Positions 51,853-59,083 of a stretch of DNA of 64,000 bases are shown piece after piece. Within the stretch, counting starts at the first letter, position 1; each line of letters begins with the position of its first letter. A program made the translations under genes and the position numbers. Where the stretch lies: IMG/VR virus record IMGVR_UViG_3300022868_000009, positions 62,001-126,000 of that record; one strand, written 5' to 3'. A model generated the notes under the pieces. The model worked only from the letters and a program-made list of their open reading frames with translations, was not told the origin of the DNA and searched no databases.

Positions 51853-51925
51853 GGAACCGTGGTGTAGGTGGTCTGCACGATACTCTGAAGAAGTATAGGT
51901 ACCCGTTCAACTCGGGTCGGTTCCA
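51853..51925 (+). tRNA. tRNA-Phe(GAA)
   Basis: GGAACCG/CGGTTCC acceptor; ATACT-CTGAAGA-AGTAT. Confidence 0.9.
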
Positions 51926-52002
51926 CTTTAAACTTTTAAATTTTAATATATATTAATGTGAAGAAAGAACCAGTTTTAATGAAAAATAATAAAAATTAAC
52001 AA

Positions 52003-52749
52003 ATGAAAAAATATACACAATTTAGTAAATCTTTAGAAAAAATCAATCAAAATATGGAATTATTTGAAAAAGCTATCGATCAAAATCAAAAAGAAAAAAT
52101 AGATAGATATATTAATGCAAACAATTACAAAAAAGTTCTATCAGAACTAAAACAAATTATTTTTAATTTAAAAAAAGAAATTAAAAATTCCAATTTTGAT
52201 GATTTCATTTATAAACAGAACAATAAAGATATAGAAATAATATATAATCCGACTATTCGTGGTATTTTAACCTATTTAGATGGTAAAAGAGTAGAATTTG
52301 AATATGGAAAAGAAGAGAATCAACAAAAAATCTTAAACACTATCTATATTGATGGTGAAAGAGACCCATTTTTAGATATAACTATTCAACCACCATTTAA
52401 TCAGATACATATTAATAATGGTTTGCCAGTTTTTATGAAAGGTCTAGGATTAGGTAAAAAAGTTTACAAAAAACTAATTAAAGATTTTGGTTATCTTTCT
52501 TCTTTTAAAGGAATAAAACCTTCTATTGAAAGTGATTTGGTTTGGGATACTTTAGCTGATGATAGAGAATTGTTCACTTTTGTGAATGATAACAATATCA
52601 TTTGTTTTTGGAATGAAGTAGATTATGATATTATAATTATTAAATTGAAAGAATTTTACAAAATAAAAGGACAAAAAATCTTTGATAACGATTTTAAAAA
52701 GTTATATAACTTAACTGATGAAAAAATAGAACAAATAATTAATATATAA
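52003..52749 (+). CDS. Hypothetical protein, possible GNAT-like motif
   Basis: MKGLGLGKKVY resembles acetyl-CoA-binding motif A. Confidence 0.5.
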   Translation: MKKYTQFSKSLEKINQNMELFEKAIDQNQKEKIDRYINANNYKKVLSELKQIIFNLKKEIKNSNFDDFIYKQNNKDIEIIYNPTIRGILTYLDGKRVEFEYGKEENQQKILNTIYIDGERDPFLDITIQPPFNQIHINNGLPVFMKGLGLGKKVYKKLIKDFGYLSSFKGIKPSIESDLVWDTLADDRELFTFVNDNNIICFWNEVDYDIIIIKLKEFYKIKGQKIFDNDFKKLYNLTDEKIEQIINI

Positions 52750-52767
52750 AGAAAATCAATTTTAAAC

Positions 52768-53016
52768 ATGAAAATTAAAAGATATAATGAATCATTAATT
52801 GATAATGATAATAACACTAGAGAAGATTTCAATGAAGAAATTGATGATCTAATATCAGAATTAAAGATAAGATATAATAATTTTAATAATTTAATTGATT
52901 CATACAAAATAATAGAAAAAAGTAAAACAGAAGAATGGGAAAAAGTTAGAAATGAACTAAGAGGCGCATTTGATGGTTTTAAAAATGAATTAATACAAAA
53001 AATTAAAAAATTTTAA
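52768..53016 (+). CDS. Hypothetical protein (MKIKRYNES tag)
   Basis: ORF after TAATATATA motif. Confidence 0.55.
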   Translation: MKIKRYNESLIDNDNNTREDFNEEIDDLISELKIRYNNFNNLIDSYKIIEKSKTEEWEKVRNELRGAFDGFKNELIQKIKKF

Positions 53017-53019
53017 ATA

Positions 53020-53094
53020 ATGATTATAATTAACATAAATAGTAAATCGAAAAAGAATAGTCGTCTGAAAACGGCTCGGAATTGTATTACCTAA
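53020..53094 (+). CDS. Putative attenuator leader peptide 2 (MIIININSKSKKNSRLKTARNCIT)
   Basis: 24-codon ORF; AGT AAA TCG AAA AAG AAT AGT cluster matches downstream Lys/Ser tRNAs; contains 1:2 hairpin and antiterminator strand. Confidence 0.7.
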   Translation: MIIININSKSKKNSRLKTARNCIT

Positions 53095-53116
53095 ATTTTT
53101 AGGTACAAAGAATTAC

Positions 53117-53146
53117 AAACCGAGTCTGAAAAGATTCGGTTTTTTT
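53117..53146 (+). terminator. Intrinsic terminator 2 nt before tRNA-Lys (attenuator)
   Basis: AAACCGAGTCT-GAAA-AGATTCGGTTT plus T-tract. Confidence 0.85.
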
Positions 53147-53148
53147 AT

Positions 53149-53226
53149 TGGCCATTAGCTCAGTAGGTTTAGAGCATCTGCCTTTTAAGCAGAGAGTCCA
53201 GGGTTCGATCCCCTGATGGCCAACCA
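53149..53226 (+). tRNA. tRNA-Lys(TTT) with encoded CCA
   Basis: TGGCCAT/ATGGCCA; TCTGC-CTTTTAA-GCAGA; CAGGG-TTCGATC-CCCTG. Confidence 0.95.
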
Positions 53227-53228
53227 AT

Positions 53229-53301
53229 GGATCTGTAGCTCAGTTGGTAGAGCTTCTGCCTTTTAAGCAGAAAGTCCAGGGTTCGAGTCCGACTAGGTCC
53301 A
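53229..53301 (+). tRNA. tRNA-Lys(TTT), second copy with mispaired T-stem
   Basis: GGATCTG/TAGGTCC; same anticodon arm; T-stem CAGGG/CCGAC pairs only 2 bp. Confidence 0.7.
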
Positions 53302-53305
53302 CTAA

Positions 53306-53420
53306 GGCTTATAACAAATAGGTTGTATTTATAGAGCATTTGTCGGGTTACCGCATGTCACTAAAATGTATATTTTAAGAGTTACTAGAGATATATGAGG
53401 TTCGAATCCTTAATAAGCCA
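53306..53420 (+). ncRNA. tRNA-like RNA (acceptor stem and T-arm intact, enlarged non-canonical centre)
   Basis: GGCTTAT/ATAAGCC-A; TGAGG-TTCGAAT-CCTTA; 115 nt. Confidence 0.65.
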
Positions 53421-53424
53421 CTAT

Positions 53425-53508
53425 GGAAAGCGTCCGGTTGGACGAGGGGCTACTCTTGAAAAGTAGTAATGGGTTACACCATTAGGGGTTCGAATCCCTT
53501 GCTTTCCG
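53425..53508 (+). tRNA. tRNA-Ser(TGA)
   Basis: CTACT-CTTGAAA-AGTAG; long variable arm; G discriminator. Confidence 0.93.
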
Positions 53509-53512
53509 CTAT

Positions 53513-53600
53513 GGAAGAGTACCCAAGTTGGTGAAGGGGCTGGTTTGCTAAACCAGTAGGTCTGAAATACGGCGCGTGGGTTCGAGCCCCACTTCTTCCG
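53513..53600 (+). tRNA. tRNA-Ser(GCT)
   Basis: CTGGT-TTGCTAA-ACCAG; long variable arm; G discriminator. Confidence 0.93.
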
Positions 53601-53648
53601 CAATTAGGTTTGAAACTCAGTTGGTGACCTACTAAGAAAGATATTTCA

Positions 53649-53831
53649 TTAAACTTCTTGCCAATGGTTAACACCATTTTTATCAGTTTGTATTTCCCAC
53701 ATATTACCATCATTACCTTTCATTCTAGTTCCTTCATCATGCCATGTTGCACTATCTGTAGGTCCTTTTCTACTTTCTGAATGTCTAACTGAAGCAGCAC
53801 TTGCTTCTTTAAAAGTTTTTAAATGTTTCAT
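53649..53831 (-). CDS. Small tagged protein (MKHLKTFKE) with KGNDGNMW motif
   Basis: 60 aa ORF in tagged-gene array. Confidence 0.6.
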   Translation of the reverse strand: MKHLKTFKEASAASVRHSESRKGPTDSATWHDEGTRMKGNDGNMWEIQTDKNGVNHWQEV

Positions 53832-53832
53832 A

Positions 53833-54081
53833 TTATTTAGTCATATATTTTATACCATGTTTTCGTAGTTTTTTAACTACTTTGTCATAGTTCACTTCAT
53901 TTTCATATCCGTATAATATATCCGGGATGAGATCGTCAAGGTGTTCTTCAACCTCTGAAAGAAGTTTAGCACCAGAATAATCATGTCTCATGTCATAATA
54001 TACGTCATCTAAAAATTCTTCAAGTTCTATTTTCATATCACTTAATTTAAGTGATTCATTAAAAGTTTTTAAATGTCTCAT
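53833..54081 (-). CDS. Small tagged protein (MRHLKTFNES)
   Basis: ORF. Confidence 0.6.
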   Translation of the reverse strand: MRHLKTFNESLKLSDMKIELEEFLDDVYYDMRHDYSGAKLLSEVEEHLDDLIPDILYGYENEVNYDKVVKKLRKHGIKYMTK

Positions 54082-54102
54082 TATTTATTTATTTATTTAT
54101 TT

Positions 54103-54468
54103 TTATAGTAATCCTAATTTATTTGATTGTAGATATTCATCTATTGTAACTCCAATATTTTTTATATACCAATCTTCTATTGTAATTGGTTTATAAAATG
54201 CATTATTATTTACATTAACATCAAAATCCAATATTCCAGAATTTGTCTTATATATATATAAAGATACAATTTCACATTTACTTTCTACTTGATCTCCCCA
54301 AGCACAAGAAACTTCATCTTCTATAATTTCGGTTAATTGTTCATATATTGGTAATTCATAATATTTTTCTATTTGTTTAATGGTAACTTCTAAATTATCA
54401 TTATTCTTAATATCAGTTATTGTAATATTAAAATGTTTATTTTCTAAATATGTCTTTAGGTATTTCAC
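54103..54468 (-). CDS. Tagged protein (MKYLKTYLE start, NKLGLL end)
   Basis: GTG-start ORF; shared terminal motifs. Confidence 0.6.
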   Translation of the reverse strand: MKYLKTYLENKHFNITITDIKNNDNLEVTIKQIEKYYELPIYEQLTEIIEDEVSCAWGDQVESKCEIVSLYIYKTNSGILDFDVNVNNNAFYKPITIEDWYIKNIGVTIDEYLQSNKLGLL

Positions 54469-54535
54469 ATATTTGTATATTAAAAATAAGGATTAAAAAT
54501 ATTTTGTATAAAATATAGAACCAGGTTTATTAAAA

Positions 54536-55021
54536 TCACTGTTTTTTCCACCATAGAGTTTGCCAATCAGGATAAACAAAACCTTCTGAATCTGGTTTGA
54601 TTTGCGTATAACTTTCATATCCTTCCATTAAATCTATCGACTCTTTATATTCTTCTCTTTCCGAATTATCCAACATCAAATAACCACCCTTCTTTAATTT
54701 AGGAAGAGCTTCCTTTACACAGTTAACCCTATCTCTTCCATCTACTAAAATAAAGTCGAAATGTTCATCTGGGAAAATAGAAACATATACACTATAATCC
54801 CTGTTATGTTGATGAAGGGTAACATTTCCGGGAAGGGATTCAGATACTTTTTTAATCCATTCACTGTCATGTTCTATACTAATCAAATGACTCACTCGAT
54901 CAGCTAACCATTTAGTAGAAGCACCTGCACCAAACTCCAAGCAATGCATATCCTTTGTCAAATAAGACTCAAGGAACTCAATTTCACCTTCGGTTATCCA
55001 AATTATTTTTCTATCAATCAT
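54536..55021 (-). CDS. Class I SAM-dependent methyltransferase
   Basis: LEFGAGAST, SIEHD, FDFILVDGRDR, GGYLMLDNS. Confidence 0.85.
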   Translation of the reverse strand: MIDRKIIWITEGEIEFLESYLTKDMHCLEFGAGASTKWLADRVSHLISIEHDSEWIKKVSESLPGNVTLHQHNRDYSVYVSIFPDEHFDFILVDGRDRVNCVKEALPKLKKGGYLMLDNSEREEYKESIDLMEGYESYTQIKPDSEGFVYPDWQTLWWKKQ

Positions 55022-55086
55022 AATTTTTATCTATATATATTAAAGAAATTATTTTATTTTCTTAAAAATTTTTGTATATTATAACA

Positions 55087-55317
55087 AATTAATCTAATCG
55101 ACTATACGCTGATTTTATAAAAAATTAGAGGAAAGTCGGGACAATTTTGCTTAAGGCAGGAGACTTTGGTCGTTCGTACTGCCGAGGTTGCAACTCAAAC
55201 AGATCTAGGAGGTGAGCAATTCTATAATGATCGGGTTAGAGGCACTCTTCGGAGAAGTGTAAACACTTAGATAAATGTATAGATAAAACAAAATCCCGCT
55301 TATGGACTAGGTTAATT
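55087..55317 (+). ncRNA. rnpB: Minimal RNase P RNA (~230 nt)
   Basis: GAGGAAAGTCGGGAC...AACAAAATCCCGCTTAT P4 signature; P1 55087-55099/55305-55317; P2 CTATAC/GTATAG; P3 hairpin. Confidence 0.85.
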
Positions 55318-55340
55318 TTAACTTTTAAATTATTTAAATT

Positions 55341-55625
55341 ATGCAAGATAAATGTAAAATATGTGGTCGTAATGAAACAACATCATTTCATCATTTAATA
55401 CCAGTAACATTACATACTAAAAAGTGGTTCAAAAAAAATTACGAAAAAGACTATATGAAATCACACGGTATAGACTTATGCAAACAATGTCATAAGGCTA
55501 TACATAAATTTTGGGATGAAAAAACTTTGGGCAAAAAATTTAATACATTAAAAAGTTTATTAGAAAATCAAAAAATTAAAAAACACATTGAATGGGTTAT
55601 AAAACTAAAACATAATAAAAAATGA
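55341..55625 (+). CDS. Small HNH-like protein
   Basis: CKICGR...FHHLIP...LCKQCHKAIH. Confidence 0.7.
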   Translation: MQDKCKICGRNETTSFHHLIPVTLHTKKWFKKNYEKDYMKSHGIDLCKQCHKAIHKFWDEKTLGKKFNTLKSLLENQKIKKHIEWVIKLKHNKK

Positions 55626-55903
55626 CAAAAGACAAAACTAAAGACGAATCTAAAAACGAATCTAAAGAAAAAGAAGAAAATTTATACTCAATTATTGTAT
55701 ATAATGACGAAGTTAATACATTTGAACATGTTATTGGTTGTCTTATTAAATACTGTAAACATGAATTAACACAAGCAGAACAATGTACCATGATTATACA
55801 CAATAATGGTAAATGTGATGTTAAAAAAGGCACATTTAAAGAATTAGAAACTCCTTATTATGCTTTACTTGATTCTGGGTTATCTGCTGAAATTGAAAAT
55901 TAA
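55622..55903 (+). CDS. clpS: ClpS N-degron adaptor (Bacteroidota type)
   Basis: IIVYNDEVNTFEHVI..L...C.H...QAEQC..IIH.NGKCDVK.G. Confidence 0.88.
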   Translation: MTKDKTKDESKNESKEKEENLYSIIVYNDEVNTFEHVIGCLIKYCKHELTQAEQCTMIIHNNGKCDVKKGTFKELETPYYALLDSGLSAEIEN

Positions 55904-55985
55904 ATATATGTCTAATAACATATCCTAATTTTTGACTTATTAGAAAATTTCTCGTATATTATTATAAATACTAAAACTTCAAATC

Positions 55986-57293
55986 ATGAGAAATATACAA
56001 AAATTATCAGAAAAAGAATTAATAGTACATTTAAAATCTATCTATAATAAACAGATAGATATTTATGATAAATTTGAAAAAACAGGTGAAATTGAACCAA
56101 TTATTACCGATTTTGATGATCAAGATGCATATAAATATTTTATGCAATATGCAATCTTTAAAACTCACCCAAACGCAATAGTAAAATTTAAATTTTTTAA
56201 CCGTGGAAAACATAAATTTCCAGTCGGTTCAGATTATCATATTAAAAAACAAATAGAATCTATGAAAAATCTTAGATTCACTCCTGAAATAGAAAGATCA
56301 TTTAGAAAAAAATTTTCAAATATGAAAGGTGAATCTTATTTTGATGAATCTTTTTATGGTTTTTTAAGAAGTTATAGATACGATCCATCTGAAGTTAAAG
56401 TAACTCAAACAGGAGAAGATATCGAAATAGAAATAACTGGTTCTTGGTTAAAAACAATTTATTGGGAAACACAAATAATGCCGATTTTAACAGAAACTTG
56501 GTATATGTTAACTGATCAATATAAAAATATTCATAATTTTGATCATCTATATGATACACACAGAGACAAATATCGAAGTTTTATAACAGCCGAATCTAAT
56601 ATTGCAGAATTTGGTTTAAGAAGAAGATATTCAAAACTAATACAAGAATTTATCAATATACATTTTATGTGGGAATCACCAGCTAGATATATTGGTACGT
56701 CTAATTGTATGTTCGCTAGAAAATTTAATGTTAAAGCCATTGGAACACAAGCTCATGAATGGATAATGTTTCATGCCGCAAAATATGGACCAGAACTAGC
56801 AAATAAGATATCTTTAGAAAATTGGGTTAAAGTTTACAGAGGAGAATTAGGTATTGCGTTATCTGATACTTATGGTACAGACAATTTCTTAAAATCATTT
56901 GATACTTTACATAGTAAATTATTTGATGGTGTTAGATGGGATTCTGGTGATTTTAAATTATTTACTGATAAAATAATTGGACACTATAAATCATATGGAA
57001 TTAATCCTAAATCCAAAACAATTGTCTATTCTGATGGTATAAATTCATTTTTAAAAATACGAGATATTATAAGATATGCAAGTGATAAAATTAAATGCAC
57101 GTTAGGAATTGGTACTTATTTAACAAATGATATTGGTGTACCAACTATGAATATTGTTATTAAAATGACAGAAGCTAAACCTGAAAAAATGGATTGGAGA
57201 TATTGTATAAAGACATCTGATTCATCTGGTAAATATACTTATACTGACAAAAAAACATTAAACAGATACTTAGAAGATTTGAATATAAATTAA
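55986..57293 (+). CDS. pncB: Nicotinate phosphoribosyltransferase
   Basis: DAYKYFMQ, EFGLRRR, GTSN, GTQAHEW, ALSDTYG, GVRWDSGD, YSDG, GIGTYLTND, NIVIKM. Confidence 0.92.
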   Translation: MRNIQKLSEKELIVHLKSIYNKQIDIYDKFEKTGEIEPIITDFDDQDAYKYFMQYAIFKTHPNAIVKFKFFNRGKHKFPVGSDYHIKKQIESMKNLRFTPEIERSFRKKFSNMKGESYFDESFYGFLRSYRYDPSEVKVTQTGEDIEIEITGSWLKTIYWETQIMPILTETWYMLTDQYKNIHNFDHLYDTHRDKYRSFITAESNIAEFGLRRRYSKLIQEFINIHFMWESPARYIGTSNCMFARKFNVKAIGTQAHEWIMFHAAKYGPELANKISLENWVKVYRGELGIALSDTYGTDNFLKSFDTLHSKLFDGVRWDSGDFKLFTDKIIGHYKSYGINPKSKTIVYSDGINSFLKIRDIIRYASDKIKCTLGIGTYLTNDIGVPTMNIVIKMTEAKPEKMDWRYCIKTSDSSGKYTYTDKKTLNRYLEDLNIN

Positions 57294-57338
57294 ACTAGAT
57301 AAGAATATAATAATAAAAATAAAAAATAATATAATATT

Positions 57339-57584
57339 ATGGTAAAAAAACAATACATGGGTAAAACAGTGAAAGAACATTTCGGTTATAAAATAAAACA
57401 CATGATTCAATTCAGAATGTCAAGAGGACCCAAAGGAAAAGAAATATCTCATCAAGAACCTAGCGGATATTTTGGTGTATATGCAGGCAAAAATCTATTG
57501 TGTGGAAATAAAGAATTCAAAAAAGTAAAAGATGCAGAACAATTTTTATTCAATTATATTAAAAATAAGAAATATGAAATTTAA
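57339..57584 (+). CDS. Hypothetical protein
   Basis: 81 aa basic ORF in operon. Confidence 0.55.
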   Translation: MVKKQYMGKTVKEHFGYKIKHMIQFRMSRGPKGKEISHQEPSGYFGVYAGKNLLCGNKEFKKVKDAEQFLFNYIKNKKYEI

Positions 57585-58131
57585 CAACAGACCAAATAAA
57601 TCAATAAAAAATGATGGTACAACACATTGGATTTCAAGAAGTTGTGCTGTTGTTTCCTATGTATCAGCAAAAATCGGGAGTGATTTTTATATTTTAGTAG
57701 GACAAAGAGGACAAGGCACACCAGACTGTAAAGGTTTGTGGAATTTACCTTGTGGTTATCTAGATTGGAATGAAAGTGGTAGAGAAGCTTTCTTTAGAGA
57801 AATGTGGGAAGAAACTGGTATAAATTGCGAAAAACTTCTAAAAAATTACAAAATTTTTATAAATACAGAAGAACCTTGGTATATTGATACTAATCCAGAC
57901 TCACATCTTCAAAATATTTCATTACATTATTCAATTGTATTTGATGCAACTAATTCTATATTACCAGAATTCAGTACAGAAAATAGTGAACCTGATGAAG
58001 TTGAAAATTTAATGTGGATTAAGATTAAAGACGCTCATAAACTGCATTTTGGTTTTGATCATAAAAAAAGGGTAAAAGTCTTCAACGAAAAATTTATAAT
58101 ACCATTAGAAAATTCTCTTAAAATATCTTAA
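57574..58131 (+). CDS. Nudix hydrolase (ADP-ribose pyrophosphatase-like)
   Basis: WNLPCGYLDWNESGREAFFREMWEETG Nudix box; FGFDH. Confidence 0.88.
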   Translation: MKFNNRPNKSIKNDGTTHWISRSCAVVSYVSAKIGSDFYILVGQRGQGTPDCKGLWNLPCGYLDWNESGREAFFREMWEETGINCEKLLKNYKIFINTEEPWYIDTNPDSHLQNISLHYSIVFDATNSILPEFSTENSEPDEVENLMWIKIKDAHKLHFGFDHKKRVKVFNEKFIIPLENSLKIS

Positions 58132-58219
58132 TAATTGACATATGTTATATAACATACCAAAAAATATTACAATTATAAAAATTTTTCGTATATTTAATTA
58201 AACAATAAAAAATATAATT

Positions 58220-59083
58220 ATGAAAAATATAATAAATTACGACAAAGTACTTGAAAATTCAAGATTTTTACTAAAAGAAAAAATTACAAGAACTAAACTT
58301 AAATCATTAGTATTGGGTATTAGTGGTGGAGTTGATTCAGCAATTGTTGCAGCAATTGCTAAACCTATATGTGATGAATTAAATATTCCTTTAATAGGAA
58401 GATATATTCATATAGAAAGTAATAAGAAAGAAGAAAAAGAAAGAGCTGAAGATATTGGAAAAGCGTTTTGCACTGATTTCCAATCAATTGATCTTACAGA
58501 ATACTTTGATACATTAAAAAATCTAGATGAAATGGATAATGAAGGTTCTCCTTATTCTGAATATGATTATCAATCAAAATTAATTAGACTTGGTAATATA
58601 AAAGCTAGAACAAGAATGATTTATCTTTATAATTTAGCTTCAAAAAATGGTGGTTTAGTATTAGGTACAGACAATTTAACTGAATATTATTTGGGATTTT
58701 GGACTTTGCACGGTGATGTTGGTGATTTTGGTTTAATTCAAAATCTTTGGAAGTCTGAAGTACATGAATTAACATTACATTTAGCTAAAAGTTTAAATGA
58801 AAAAGGTAAAGTGTTAGTTGATTGTGCAATGGCAAATGCTACTGATGGTCTTGGAATAAGTGAGACTGATCTAGAACAAATTATGCCAGATTGGAAAGAA
58901 AGACATAATACAACTGCAAGTGGTTATTCAGAAATTGATAAAAAATTACAATCTTATTTAAAAGATATTAGTAAAGGAGAAAACATTTCAAAATATAATA
59001 ATGATCCAGTAATTGAAAGACATAGATCATCTTTCTTCAAAAGAATAAACCCAGAAAGTATAGATAGAGAAGAATTAATTTAA
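58220..59083 (+). CDS. nadE: NH3-dependent NAD+ synthetase
   Basis: LGISGGVDSA, GNIKARTRM, GTDNLTE..LGFWTLHGD, KSEV, TDGL. Confidence 0.92.
   Translation: MKNIINYDKVLENSRFLLKEKITRTKLKSLVLGISGGVDSAIVAAIAKPICDELNIPLIGRYIHIESNKKEEKERAEDIGKAFCTDFQSIDLTEYFDTLKNLDEMDNEGSPYSEYDYQSKLIRLGNIKARTRMIYLYNLASKNGGLVLGTDNLTEYYLGFWTLHGDVGDFGLIQNLWKSEVHELTLHLAKSLNEKGKVLVDCAMANATDGLGISETDLEQIMPDWKERHNTTASGYSEIDKKLQSYLKDISKGENISKYNNDPVIERHRSSFFKRINPESIDREELI

Noticed and set aside
50120-53420. tmRNA partner for SmpB
   Set aside because: No GGGG-type 5' end with G3-U70 acceptor or tag reading frame found; the 53306 element has C at position 3.
50031-53713. Minus-strand ORFs 50031-50249, 50344-50598, 51695-51910, 53421-53603, 53474-53713
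   Set aside because: Antisense shadows of structured RNA and tRNA genes, with atypical composition.
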